DNA of 64,000 nt, taken from positions 64,001 through 128,000 of the IMG/VR virus record IMGVR_UViG_3300010334_000030; one strand, given 5' to 3'. Made by a program: the position numbers and the translations under genes. Below the pieces are notes generated by a model. The model did not search any database. It saw only the letters and a program-made list of their open reading frames with translations, and was not told where the DNA came from. Numbering within the stretch: position 1 is the stretch's first letter; the number at the start of each line of letters is the position of its first letter. Shown in pieces: positions 20,313 to 30,737 of the stretch. The stretch comes from a virus.

Positions 20313-23300
20313 TTAAATTATCATACTAGTGGTACCTCCGGTAGAGCCAAAAGAGACTTTAAATAAAGGACTACCCCCAGGAACACTACTAGGAGGAAGG
20401 TACGAAGAATTTGTTATAGAAAAATTATTAACGCTCAAATTTGTAGGCGGTGTATCCGTTGAGAGCGGTCCTGATTCAGTAGGAATTGGTCTATAATAAA
20501 AATTAGAAACGTACATGTCGGAGGACGAATTTAACTGATCTGCTAATTCTTGGATACTTAAACCTGCAATCCCTTGCTGTATAGTTATTCCTGTAGGAAA
20601 TGGATAAGATTCATTAGCTGTGCTTAATAATATATTATCACCCGGTCTTATATTATGAAGCTCGTACCCTCCTAACCAATCATTATTAAATTCAAAATCA
20701 TACCAACCGTGAGCGTATCCATTATCCCACGTGTTATCTTCAAACGTATTCCAGTTAATCCTTTTAGTTCCCCAATACTTAAGATTCTTATTGGGAAAGG
20801 TCAGTGAGTACTCTGGCCAGTAAACATATTTGGAATCAACGTTCAATCCACCTGTCATTCCAGTATCATAGGAATTTAAAATTATCGAGCCAGAAACAGA
20901 TAATGATACTTTTGATCCATTCTGGTTTGCCCCCAGATCAGATGGTGCTGTAATTTTAATTGTTGCCGGATCTGCTGTCGGATTATCGCAGGATGCAAAA
21001 TAGTCAGGATAGGTTCTTAATGAATTAACGGAGGAAACTATCGAGTTTACTGTTGAGTGAAGTGTATCACCAGCCTCGGAGGATCCAATAAGTCTATCGT
21101 TTATATAAATAGACATTTTCCCTGCTGAGGTCATCTTTTGATTTGGGTACCAAGAGGCGGAAACGTCTACGGTAAGTCTAGTTGGAGAAGAAGCAGTATA
21201 CACAGAGCTCCAACCAAGTTCAAGAATTATAGGAATCTCAAATGTTGTGTCCGATGTAACAATACAATTCCATCTCCCCATTATCTGTGGAACTGAATTT
21301 TGGATAGAAACTACGTCGCCAGTAGTTAAATTATGTGTGGATGCTGTTGTTACCGTAGCAAATCCATACTGAATACCAGTTATTAGATACGAAGAAATGT
21401 CGAGTATTCCCAAAACATTCTGGGTAATAACAATATTGCTATAAGCAGATGAAGGCTGTGTTTTTATTTTTACGTAAACATCCTGTCCCTCTTCTGCCTT
21501 GTTTCCATAATTTGAAAAATTAAGGATCTCTTCAGGAATTGATTTTTTAAGAACCTCTATAGAGGATCCTTCGGCAGGGAATTCCCAAATTGAGTTGTAT
21601 TCCTCCCATGCTTTGTAAGTGTCTTTCCAGTCATACGTTTCAACTTCTCTGAATCTTGTCCAAGCATCGACTTTAATTGTTTTTGGACTAACCTTTATTG
21701 CCCCATCTTTTATTACTGTATTTTTAAAATTAAATCCATCTATAACATTGCAGGTAACTTTGTACTCTCCTGTATAAGGAACAAAATGCGATAAACGGTA
21801 GAAGTCTGATATTGGTCCTCTGAAAATAAAATTATATGGGCTTCCGCTCTGAGTTGTTGATTTATTTACGATCCACTCTATCTCCACCATGTTGGAGAAA
21901 TCAATATTCGTCCAGGTTAGCAATCCATATTTTTGTGATGTTGCATAGAGGGAATACGAGTCAAATGTTACTGTTGGACCCCCATCCAGCTTAATGCTAT
22001 AAGTTTCATCAAGATAACTAACAACCGCAACTACAGTTCCATTCTGACCGTAATAAGAGCTATTTGGGGATTTTACATTAACTCTTGTTCCTATTGAAAA
22101 TATAGGAAGTATAACGGAGGTCCAGGTAAAATTCAATTCATCCCATGTCCATCTATCAGGGATAAGTTCTAAAACTACTGGCATTCCTATAGGATTCTGA
22201 TATGGAAGACCAGTAACAGGATCAACGTAAACAGGGTAATCGTAATTGTATGCACCATCTCCAAGATCCTTTATTTTTCCCTGCTGCTTTAAATCATAAA
22301 AATTTGAGATTGCAGAAATCATCGAGGAGTTCTGTGATGGGGAAAATCTTTGTTGCGAAGAAAGCGGATCTACAGTATTTCCAAGATCTGATATGGTGGA
22401 AGGTAAAACTGTGATCTGTCCATTTAGTAGAGATTTATTATTCGATGAAAAATAATAAACAGGCGATGTTTGGGTAGGATTAACATACCAGGTCATTGGC
22501 GATCCCCCTGATATAGCACCATTTCCGGTAAGACCAGTCGGAGCAACAATAGAGGATAAAGTTGGATCTGTTGTTATATAAAAATCAAATCCAGTGGTAC
22601 CTATAGAGAATTCATAGGATTTACCAGAGGTTACCGAGAAAGTTGGATTTGGTGTAAGATTAAGTGAATCTGAAATTCCTTTAAAGTATAAAGCACTGCC
22701 GGTGCCACCAGCAACGCTAGCTGTTATTTCATACTTATTGTAATAATTGGACGGAGCTTGTATAGAATTAGAATAAGGTCTAGTTGAAAAATTTCTAAGA
22801 TCCTCTAAAAATCCAAAATCAGGATTTGCTTTTATTTGAAAATCAAACCCAGCACTTATTTCTGATCTGTCCATAGTATCAGTCCAAACACGGGTATTAT
22901 AAATGTCAAAATAAACTCCCTCTCCAGTAATATCAACTATTCTAGCATTTAGAGGGAGATAGTCTCTTTTGAGCCTCTCTTTTAATGCAAACAGTTTTAT
23001 CAGAACTTCCTCCTGCGTAAATGCAAAAGCGTCAGTAACTTCAGGATACCCATAATCTGAATCATTCCCTGTCACTTTGTTGAGATCGTAATACAATCCA
23101 AATAAAGCAGTTTTTTTATATGTTTTACTTGGAAGTAGTGTATCCTGCGAGGAAAGATTAAGAACATAGTTTCCGTCCGAATCCGGGCCATACGTTTGTG
23201 TTAACTTATACTTTCCAGTGTTCTCATTATTTATAAGATCAGATATTTTATAGTTCTGACTGTATCCATTTGCTTCTTGATCTGCATTTATTTGATCTAG

Positions 23301-24566
23301 AAACTCTTGATTACTTTGAAGAGGTGATGTGACTTGAGTTTTACCATATTCTAGATTAAGCCAATACTCCTTTATTCTTAAATCTTGATAACCAAAGAAC
23401 TTAAGGGCATTAACTAGACCTTTATAACTACCTGCATATGGGAATATGCTTTCACCAGCCACCATTAGCTCTTTCCTTTTCTGGTTTATTTCAAGGTAGT
23501 TTGGCATTGGTTCCTCCGGGTCATGGTCTCTAAGAATAATCGAATCTGACTGGTAAAAAGCTCGTCCTAGATTTTTAAGAAGAACGTTAAATCTTTCGTC
23601 TTCCCCTACAATCTCACCGTAGAAATTCACCTCTAAAACCTTAACTGGGCTAGGTCCTGTTATATCCTCTACTACAAGTCTTCTCTCATAAATATCAGAA
23701 TAAAGATCACTAGAGTTAAGGGCAACATTTATCGATAATGATTCTGATGTGATATTTGATGACTCGATATACCCACCAACATTAGAGTAGTAGTCATCAC
23801 TAGCTATTGCATCTATCGGATAAACTACATTTGGATAATTTATTATTATTGGCTGTCCTTCTCCGCCAGGTAACCTATCCTCTATTTTATAAGTGAATAT
23901 GATCTCAGATACATCAGTTTCACCATATTTGTCATTATACCATCTCGTTCTCCATTTTCCCTGGGCGGTTCCACCTGTCCCTCCAGTGAATCCAGTATGC
24001 GGTAACCCATATTCAATAGATCCTAAAGGATTATACATTTCTTGAACAATAAAAATTTGCTCATTCTCATAGAGTCCAGAAGAAACTGGATCAAAATAAA
24101 TGCTTCCCTTAAAATATCCGCCTGGTCTGTACTCGTAGGATGTTTTAAAATAAACTTGATATCCTTGACTTATTGTCTTCTGACCTGAAACTTGCCCAGG
24201 ATAAAAGTTAACAGTATACGTTCCAACATTAGTTGAAATTGATGATATTTTACCTTTGAATTCTTGTTGTCCAGCAATTCTACCATATAGATAAACGTCC
24301 GCTCCTTTTAACAGAAAGTCAAAAATCTCTTTAGCCCAATCAGATATATTAAACCCATTTAAATCATTAAGATTAAATGTTAAAGATGCTGGATCGGAAT
24401 CAAGAAGATCCACATCAAATTCACCAACACTCGAAGATCCAGAAGAACTTCTAAAAGTGAATTTAGAGTCAAGTGGGGTTGGTCCAGTCGGGCCAACATA
24501 ATCAAAATTCAGGGGATCCCCGTGTTTATTAAAAAAGTTAAGCCTTCTATAAAAAAAATTAGACAT
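20313..24566 (-). CDS. Baseplate wedge/fibre-attachment protein (T4 gp7 / P2 gpI-like core) with accessory domains
   Basis: YAGSYKGLVNALKFFGYQDLRIKEYW resembles the KGT..G...L.....I.E.W motif of gp7/gpI-type proteins; lies downstream of gp25 and gp6. Confidence 0.6.
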   Translation of the reverse strand: MSNFFYRRLNFFNKHGDPLNFDYVGPTGPTPLDSKFTFRSSSGSSSVGEFDVDLLDSDPASLTFNLNDLNGFNISDWAKEIFDFLLKGADVYLYGRIAGQQEFKGKISSISTNVGTYTVNFYPGQVSGQKTISQGYQVYFKTSYEYRPGGYFKGSIYFDPVSSGLYENEQIFIVQEMYNPLGSIEYGLPHTGFTGGTGGTAQGKWRTRWYNDKYGETDVSEIIFTYKIEDRLPGGEGQPIIINYPNVVYPIDAIASDDYYSNVGGYIESSNITSESLSINVALNSSDLYSDIYERRLVVEDITGPSPVKVLEVNFYGEIVGEDERFNVLLKNLGRAFYQSDSIILRDHDPEEPMPNYLEINQKRKELMVAGESIFPYAGSYKGLVNALKFFGYQDLRIKEYWLNLEYGKTQVTSPLQSNQEFLDQINADQEANGYSQNYKISDLINNENTGKYKLTQTYGPDSDGNYVLNLSSQDTLLPSKTYKKTALFGLYYDLNKVTGNDSDYGYPEVTDAFAFTQEEVLIKLFALKERLKRDYLPLNARIVDITGEGVYFDIYNTRVWTDTMDRSEISAGFDFQIKANPDFGFLEDLRNFSTRPYSNSIQAPSNYYNKYEITASVAGGTGSALYFKGISDSLNLTPNPTFSVTSGKSYEFSIGTTGFDFYITTDPTLSSIVAPTGLTGNGAISGGSPMTWYVNPTQTSPVYYFSSNNKSLLNGQITVLPSTISDLGNTVDPLSSQQRFSPSQNSSMISAISNFYDLKQQGKIKDLGDGAYNYDYPVYVDPVTGLPYQNPIGMPVVLELIPDRWTWDELNFTWTSVILPIFSIGTRVNVKSPNSSYYGQNGTVVAVVSYLDETYSIKLDGGPTVTFDSYSLYATSQKYGLLTWTNIDFSNMVEIEWIVNKSTTQSGSPYNFIFRGPISDFYRLSHFVPYTGEYKVTCNVIDGFNFKNTVIKDGAIKVSPKTIKVDAWTRFREVETYDWKDTYKAWEEYNSIWEFPAEGSSIEVLKKSIPEEILNFSNYGNKAEEGQDVYVKIKTQPSSAYSNIVITQNVLGILDISSYLITGIQYGFATVTTASTHNLTTGDVVSIQNSVPQIMGRWNCIVTSDTTFEIPIILELGWSSVYTASSPTRLTVDVSASWYPNQKMTSAGKMSIYINDRLIGSSEAGDTLHSTVNSIVSSVNSLRTYPDYFASCDNPTADPATIKITAPSDLGANQNGSKVSLSVSGSIILNSYDTGMTGGLNVDSKYVYWPEYSLTFPNKNLKYWGTKRINWNTFEDNTWDNGYAHGWYDFEFNNDWLGGYELHNIRPGDNILLSTANESYPFPTGITIQQGIAGLSIQELADQLNSSSDMYVSNFYYRPIPTESGPLSTDTPPTNLSVNNFSITNSSYLPPSSVPGGSPLFKVSFGSTGGTTSMII

Positions 24567-24569
24567 ATC

Positions 24570-25103
24570 TTAAAATACTCTTCTGTTATTTTTTTTAACT
24601 GTGTAGTTAAAAAAGTTTTTAATTTGTTTTGTACTTTCTACTAATCCATATATCACCATATCAAAGTAATGAAGTATTCCCTCTTTAATGGGATCTTTGT
24701 ATATTACACTTGAAAGAGTTCTTTTTAAAATCTGTTCCTTATAGATAAATCCCTCCTGAACGTTATCATTTACGCTATCCCTTATATCATAAATATTCTG
24801 GGTTGGATCATATTCATACCAATGCCTTTCCATTGGAATTTTAGGAAGTTCTTTCATCAATTTGCGATAATCTTTACTATCCGAACAAGGTGCAAATTTA
24901 TACTCTTTACTATTTGCTAAAATTAATCTGTACCCAGAGCATCCTATATTATAGGCTCTAGATTCTGCCAGATCTTGTGTATCATAAATATCTCTAGAAT
25001 TATAGAAAGTTGATGATGATGTCTGAGGCTTTATCCCTACCTGAGTATAGTTTATCCCTTTATCGGGATCGGGGAAAAACGGGGAGTATTCTTTTTCTGC
25101 CAT
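24570..25103 (-). CDS. Hypothetical baseplate-region protein (177 aa)
   Basis: ORF tightly packed between gp6-like and gp7-like genes. Confidence 0.6.
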   Translation of the reverse strand: MAEKEYSPFFPDPDKGINYTQVGIKPQTSSSTFYNSRDIYDTQDLAESRAYNIGCSGYRLILANSKEYKFAPCSDSKDYRKLMKELPKIPMERHWYEYDPTQNIYDIRDSVNDNVQEGFIYKEQILKRTLSSVIYKDPIKEGILHYFDMVIYGLVESTKQIKNFFNYTVKKNNRRVF

Positions 25104-25105
25104 TC

Positions 25106-26833
25106 TTAGTTAGAAGATTTTGTAATTTGAGCCTTGGTGTTAGCATTTAATTCCGCTCTGTAATCTTTCTTAGTAGTAGAAGATACACTCATATTTAATG
25201 GTCCTGGTTTTCCTTCTACTATACCCTCCGTATAAGTTATACCGTTTCTATCTGTCCAACCACCTCTTAAAACTACAAGCTCATTTCTACCTATAACTAT
25301 ATCTCCGAAATCATTAAGTCCTAACAACTGCGACATTTGTTGATCGGATATATTTGTAAGATCCTTCATCTTTGACTGATTCTCCTCGTTCTTTTGACCA
25401 ACAAAGTAGAGATTGACTGAATCGACACCATCTATAGATTCAACTATAGCTATCAAATCGGATTTAGGAATATAATCCCTTCTTGTCGTATTTAGCATAT
25501 ACGTAGATATTCTTTTCCTAATTTCTTTCTTTACTGATTCTGGATCATACCCTTCAAAAATAGTAAAAACAACATTCGTAACATATCTAGATATTACAGG
25601 ATCAACTATTTGTATTACCGTTGTAGCTATCATAGATCCTGAATCCTGAATAAGTTTAACTATCATTTTTTTCTGTGGTTCTGTTAATAGAAAATCTTCA
25701 ACAGGAACACTGAAATAATCTTGATTAGACGAGATGTTAAGTGTAATATTAGGTATCAAATAAAGATAAACAACATTATCATCGTCCAAGTAATCGTCGT
25801 CAAAAGTAGAGAATGCTTGTATTTGAGAAAATATACCAAGTTTATCTAGAAAGATCTCATAATTTTGGGCATTTGCAAAAACAAACGATCTACTAACTTT
25901 AGGAGCAACCAGTCTTATTAAATTGGTAGAGTCTGGATTTGTTCCAAACATCGGATCTATACTTTGTTTAATATCTAAATAATTTCCAAGATCCACTTCT
26001 TTACCAAAAAGATCTGTGCCTGTTTGGTTGAATTTATAACTTATTGGATTATCTTTAGTGGATGCAACATTACCTCCTGTTCCTACATTTTGAAGGTATT
26101 CTATTCTTATTTTAGATCCCTTCTGGGGAACCATTCCAAAATTAGAATTACCGAAATAAATATCTATGCCTTCCTGAATTCCACTCTTGACGAGATATCC
26201 CTTTTTGTTTAGAGGGATGTCATAAAGAGAATCGTATCTTTTCCATTTTTCCTCATTAACATAAACATCAACATAAAATTGATCTACAAATGAAGCGGAT
26301 TGTATAGGAATACTAAAGCTCTGTAGAGAAAGACCTGTTCCTGTAACTGTAAAAGAATTAAATACACCCTGAACTATTTTACATCTAATTGGATTAGTTC
26401 CTCCTGTAAGCGGAATTGTTAATTTCTGAGCTCCTAGAACGAGCGAGTAAGTTCTACCGTTCTCTTGACATCTTATTTGTGTGTGGTTACTTAGAATGAT
26501 ACATCCCCCTCCAACATCAGACTGTAATGTGTTCCAGGAAACAAAAACTTCACCCTGAGCCGATGTCGATCTTCCCGGATCATATCCAGAAATTCTAGCC
26601 AAGCTTCTTACTGAATAATCCCTTGTAGCATTTTCTATATTTAGCTCCGTAATAGAATCCTCGATAAAGTATAATATCATTTGCGATAGATTCTGAACGA
26701 CAAACAAAATTTGTCCCCATGCAGAAGCAACTGTGAACAAATTTACGGTCTGGTTATAAGTATCCTGTAGAAAATTAAAGGTGTCAGTTAAGAGTCCGTT
26801 AATCAGGATGTTATTTTTCTTAAAAATATTCAT
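25106..26833 (-). CDS. gp6: Baseplate wedge protein (T4 gp6-like)
   Basis: ENATRDYSVRSLARISGYDP, IYFGNSNFGMVP..GSKIRIEYL..GTGGN, APK...ANAQNYE motifs; adjacent to gp25-like gene. Confidence 0.85.
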   Translation of the reverse strand: MNIFKKNNILINGLLTDTFNFLQDTYNQTVNLFTVASAWGQILFVVQNLSQMILYFIEDSITELNIENATRDYSVRSLARISGYDPGRSTSAQGEVFVSWNTLQSDVGGGCIILSNHTQIRCQENGRTYSLVLGAQKLTIPLTGGTNPIRCKIVQGVFNSFTVTGTGLSLQSFSIPIQSASFVDQFYVDVYVNEEKWKRYDSLYDIPLNKKGYLVKSGIQEGIDIYFGNSNFGMVPQKGSKIRIEYLQNVGTGGNVASTKDNPISYKFNQTGTDLFGKEVDLGNYLDIKQSIDPMFGTNPDSTNLIRLVAPKVSRSFVFANAQNYEIFLDKLGIFSQIQAFSTFDDDYLDDDNVVYLYLIPNITLNISSNQDYFSVPVEDFLLTEPQKKMIVKLIQDSGSMIATTVIQIVDPVISRYVTNVVFTIFEGYDPESVKKEIRKRISTYMLNTTRRDYIPKSDLIAIVESIDGVDSVNLYFVGQKNEENQSKMKDLTNISDQQMSQLLGLNDFGDIVIGRNELVVLRGGWTDRNGITYTEGIVEGKPGPLNMSVSSTTKKDYRAELNANTKAQITKSSN

Positions 26834-26841
26834 TTTCTAAA

Positions 26842-27213
26842 TTATGTTATTCTTAAAGTTATTGTTGGACTTAATCCTCCATCAGAAGGGAGCATAAAAT
26901 CTAAAGTTGCTACGTCTCTTTGAGTTCCTTGAAAAAAATTGAGATCGTAACTTCCGCCAAGTGTTGAAAAAAGAGGAATGTAGGTCGTTAAAAAAGTATC
27001 AAGTTCATTCTTAAGACCTGATTCTGATACATTAAGATTAAAGATAAGATCCTCCAGATTTAGTCCAAATCTAGGATCTCCTAACACTTCACCTTTGTTT
27101 GTTAGAAGCAACATCTTCAATTGGCCAGTACAAATCTCTACAGGATCTGTCGTCTCTATCTGATATGGATTATATTTTGGGTCTTGTGGATCCCTATTGT
27201 AAAGTTCTTTCAT
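26842..27213 (-). CDS. gp25: Baseplate wedge subunit (gp25/GPW-like)
   Basis: LLLTNKGEVLGDPRFGLNLEDLIF matches the gp25 T..GER...P.FG..L motif. Confidence 0.85.
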   Translation of the reverse strand: MKELYNRDPQDPKYNPYQIETTDPVEICTGQLKMLLLTNKGEVLGDPRFGLNLEDLIFNLNVSESGLKNELDTFLTTYIPLFSTLGGSYDLNFFQGTQRDVATLDFMLPSDGGLSPTITLRIT

Positions 27214-27235
27214 ACTTAAATGCTAATACTGATAT

Positions 27236-27243
27236 TATATATC
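27236..27243 (-). promoter_or_regulatory. Putative late promoter GATATATA
   Basis: 23 nt upstream of gp25 ATG, just after a terminator. Confidence 0.65.
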
Positions 27244-27269
27244 TCAATTTCATAAGAGCCACAACAAAT

Positions 27270-27297
27270 AAAAAACCCCGGAAATTCCGGGGTCTTT
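27270..27297 (-). terminator. Rho-independent terminator
   Basis: ACCCCGGA-AAT-TCCGGGGT hairpin with A-tract on + (U-tract on -) downstream of the neck gene. Confidence 0.85.
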
Positions 27298-27317
27298 GGA
27301 TATTTTTTCGGTATTCT

Positions 27318-28118
27318 TTAATTCCACTGCAAGAAATAGCTAGGTGTATTCTCACCATTAATCATTTCCATAACCTCCTGAAGCTCCGCTTCACCCGTAG
27401 CTTTTATATCACCAGAATTTACTTGTATTCCACCAGGAAGATTATAGTTAAACACGGAAAGCATATTAGCTAACGCTATCTTAGATTTAGCTATACAGTA
27501 TCTAACAAACAATTCATCTTTAAAAAGGTCTTCGTCATTTATAGCAACAAAGCATCTAACTGCTACGTCAACCCCACCTACCCCAAATCCCTGAGCTAGC
27601 TGTCCATTTGAATTAGCGGATGTTCCACCCTTACCAGATCTTGATGGATCCCTACCCAGGATGGTTAAGTTCTTTGTGTTCTTGTTCCATTTAAATGCAA
27701 AAGTATTTAGAAGGTAAGCTCTAGATAAATCAAAATAGGAGTACATTACCGTTCTATAAACTAGATTATCTCCAACAAAAGGAGAAAGTAAAAGTTCAGA
27801 TCCTAAAAGTTTAGAGTCGCTAAAATCTCTATCCGGATTTCCTGAAATTCCTGATCCTCCAACTTCCCTTACATCATAAACAGTCACGATAGACTCAGGC
27901 AATTTAATTTGTCTGGTTGCTCTAAATTCTTTATGTTGAAATATTGCATTTTTAAGAATAAAAACTCTATCCTCCACAGCATACTGGTAATTGTCTCTAA
28001 ACCATGACTTAGCACGTCCTATAATTCTTTCAACCTCTTGTTTGTTTAGGTTATATGGGAGAGCACAGCTAAAGGATAGCGCGTCTTCTATTTCCTGAAT
28101 TAAACCATCTAATATCAT
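27318..28118 (-). CDS. gp13: Neck protein (T4 gp13-like)
   Basis: C-terminal LPGGIQVNSGDIKATGEAELQEVMEMI matches gp13 LPGG..lNG..iy.ea..El motif. Confidence 0.75.
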   Translation of the reverse strand: MILDGLIQEIEDALSFSCALPYNLNKQEVERIIGRAKSWFRDNYQYAVEDRVFILKNAIFQHKEFRATRQIKLPESIVTVYDVREVGGSGISGNPDRDFSDSKLLGSELLLSPFVGDNLVYRTVMYSYFDLSRAYLLNTFAFKWNKNTKNLTILGRDPSRSGKGGTSANSNGQLAQGFGVGGVDVAVRCFVAINDEDLFKDELFVRYCIAKSKIALANMLSVFNYNLPGGIQVNSGDIKATGEAELQEVMEMINGENTPSYFLQWN

Positions 28119-28133
28119 TTTCTTAGGGTTATT

Positions 28134-29540
28134 TTAGTAATTCATATTTCCGAATCTCGAAACAGCAAACTGATCATTAAGATCTTTTAGCCTACTATCG
28201 GTTACGAATCTATTGTTTCTGATTTCATCCCACCCTTTAACTTTATAGGTTTCTTTGCTAACCTCAGAATTTTCACCAAGGGTTCCAGCTCTAAAAACCC
28301 CACCAATTATTTTACAATTGATGTTCTTTTTTTCGCAATCTATAAAACAATCTTTTAATTCGTTTGTGAATTCTACTATAGATGATTTAACTTTGCTTGA
28401 GAAGATCTTAGATCCTCCAACTACGTTACAATCTTCTAAAGAGGATTTCTTTATCTCACAATTATGAATGTTGCAATTTTTCAAAATCCCATTTTTAATA
28501 TCGCAAAGAATTAAATCCATTCCGTCAATTAAAACCGCTTCTCTGCTTCTGGAATCTTTAAGTTGATATTTGCCCGTGGTTGTGTCATAATTGAAAAAAC
28601 CAGAGGTTACGTTTCCCTCAACAATAAGTTCAAATAGTTTATCTCTGATTACCGGGAAATATGTAGTAACATTTTCTTCCCATCCCTTAAGATCTATAAA
28701 TATATGGAAGTCAGGATAATTTTTAAAGAAGAAGTTTGGATTATTAAAGGATTTAACAACCTTAGTGTAATCCTTCATCATATTCTGTAACTTAGCCAAA
28801 TCATCTTTAGTGTAACCGTTTATTCTACGGCTAAGAATATCATATAGATATAATAAGACATAATCAACAACCTCTCTTATCTCCTTTATTTTCTTCTGAT
28901 AATCGCGATTCCCAAGATATCTAAATTCAAGATACCCTTTAGAAAGTTTAGTGAAATTTACTCCGTAGTATTTGTCATCAGGAATTTTGTACATCTTAGG
29001 ATCTATGCTAGTTATATTTTCTAACATAGCGAAACGATTTCTAGGAACTATTCTCTTTATGGATTTAGCATAAACATTTTTTATCCTTGTTCCGAATTTG
29101 TCGTATATCTTGTTTTCATCTAAACCTAAAATAAATTTAAGTCTATCTAAGGTTTCCATTCTATCCTTAATATCCCTTCTAGATTTATCAAAGCTAACTG
29201 AAAACTGAAAAGCGCATCTATCGTTGGTCCACCCGTTTTCGTCTATCCACTTTAATGTTTTGATCATTATAGGAATAGCCTCATTATAAGGAAGTGGCCC
29301 GGTTATAAATTCAACCATTTTGCCACCTCCAGAATAATCAGGTTCGAGTTTAAAAGTACTACCGCTAACAGAAATATTAGAGTGATACTTTTCTGAAACT
29401 ATAACTTTTTTGTTTAGAAGTTTTCCTAGGGATTCGGAAGCTTTACCCTTAAGCATATTTGTATAGAACTCAAATTCAAATCCAATTTCGGCGGAACTGA
29501 GTGCATACAATTTATCAAAATGGGTTCTTTCGTTACTCAT
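28134..29540 (-). CDS. Putative amidoligase (COOH-NH2 ligase type 2)-like protein, apparently degenerate, with C-terminal beta-helix-like repeats
   Basis: EIGFEFEF, EPDYSGG..VEFITGPL, KYYGVNF, LEFR motifs; expected CGxHxH is CAFQFS; C-terminal IKNGILKNCNIHNCEIKKSSLEDCNV repeats. Confidence 0.7.
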   Translation of the reverse strand: MSNERTHFDKLYALSSAEIGFEFEFYTNMLKGKASESLGKLLNKKVIVSEKYHSNISVSGSTFKLEPDYSGGGKMVEFITGPLPYNEAIPIMIKTLKWIDENGWTNDRCAFQFSVSFDKSRRDIKDRMETLDRLKFILGLDENKIYDKFGTRIKNVYAKSIKRIVPRNRFAMLENITSIDPKMYKIPDDKYYGVNFTKLSKGYLEFRYLGNRDYQKKIKEIREVVDYVLLYLYDILSRRINGYTKDDLAKLQNMMKDYTKVVKSFNNPNFFFKNYPDFHIFIDLKGWEENVTTYFPVIRDKLFELIVEGNVTSGFFNYDTTTGKYQLKDSRSREAVLIDGMDLILCDIKNGILKNCNIHNCEIKKSSLEDCNVVGGSKIFSSKVKSSIVEFTNELKDCFIDCEKKNINCKIIGGVFRAGTLGENSEVSKETYKVKGWDEIRNNRFVTDSRLKDLNDQFAVSRFGNMNY

Positions 29541-30693
29541 TTACTGGTTCTGCAAATATTTTTCCTGCATTGACCTCAACTTCATAAAGTGAAACTGTCA
29601 GGGAATCACCAGGTTTGAATCCTCTGTTATTCTTACCGACTCTATCTTGAGGTATTAGTGCCATAAGACCAAGAGCTATTAATTCAACAAGAATTCCATT
29701 TTTTCTTAAGTGCTTAATTCTAGCCTCAAATGACTCGCAGTCTCCGTCTTTTATCTTTGTCTCAAGCTCTTGTAGGATTACATTCTTCTCTAGTGGTTTT
29801 TCTAAAGTTAGAGTTAATCTGTTATTTTCCTTTATCTCTTTGATATAGAATTCTATTTCATCACCAGGTATAAACGAGGTAACTCTAGAATCATTTTCAA
29901 ATTCAGTTTTATGGATTAGACCAGTGTAAACTTCTTCCCATTCTACGAATACTCCAAAGTCGCTGGTTCCTGTAACGAATCCTTTATATTTTTTAGTAAG
30001 ATCAAGCTCCTGTATTTTAGAATCCATGATCTTATTTAAGTATTTCTTATAAGAGATAATAAAGATGTCTTTTGCGTCAACATAACCTTCGATCATAACA
30101 GGAAGTTCCTTTCCTATATAAGACTCAAAATCTGTAATTCTGTTTGCCGCAGCTAATGATCCAGGAAGGAAACATTTTATTCCTGAAATGCTTGCGATAT
30201 AGCCACCTTTATTTATACTTTCTATTTTAGCTCTGTATGCATGAGATCCTTCTTTGATTTGTGCAAAGAATTCGTCTCTGATACTATGCATATAGAAATC
30301 AATAACGGAGCCAAAATAGCTGCTTCCTACTTTTCTAACACTAGCTTTAAATTCCGCTCCAACTTGAAAGTCTATCTCCTCTAAATTTAATTTAGCGGCA
30401 TCTCTTCTCTCTTTTCTTAGGTCTATATAAATCGTCTGGCCTGCCGAAGTCTGAGCCAATGCTTCAGTCTCGTTCATGTTTGTGATTTTACATGGATAAA
30501 CCTCACCATCTTTAAGGTCTTTCCCTATTTTATCAAATTCATAAGAAACCCCACTAAAGTATAAATTGCTCAAATCTTGAGCATACTTTTCATGGGAATA
30601 AACTCTTGACCCCTCTGGGGCTTTAATTTTTGCATTAACCGCTCTTTTGTTTGGTAGCGTCCAATCGAAATCTTCTGCTAGATTAAAACTCAT
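29533..30693 (-). CDS. rpsA: Ribosomal protein bS1-like protein (about four S1/OB domains)
   Basis: AKIESINKGGYIASISGIKCFLPGSL and GFVTGTSDFGVFVEW...GLIHKTE are canonical bS1 domain 2 and 3 motifs. Confidence 0.85.
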   Translation of the reverse strand: MSFNLAEDFDWTLPNKRAVNAKIKAPEGSRVYSHEKYAQDLSNLYFSGVSYEFDKIGKDLKDGEVYPCKITNMNETEALAQTSAGQTIYIDLRKERRDAAKLNLEEIDFQVGAEFKASVRKVGSSYFGSVIDFYMHSIRDEFFAQIKEGSHAYRAKIESINKGGYIASISGIKCFLPGSLAAANRITDFESYIGKELPVMIEGYVDAKDIFIISYKKYLNKIMDSKIQELDLTKKYKGFVTGTSDFGVFVEWEEVYTGLIHKTEFENDSRVTSFIPGDEIEFYIKEIKENNRLTLTLEKPLEKNVILQELETKIKDGDCESFEARIKHLRKNGILVELIALGLMALIPQDRVGKNNRGFKPGDSLTVSLYEVEVNAGKIFAEPVNE

Positions 30694-30737
30694 TCGTTTT
30701 GTTTTTAAAGGTTTAGTGATAAATTATTTAGTTATAG

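Noticed and set aside
22020-22110. Similarity of RVNVKSPNSSYYGQNGTVVAV to photosystem I PsaE
   Set aside because: Short SH3-like insert within a baseplate protein; no photosynthesis genes
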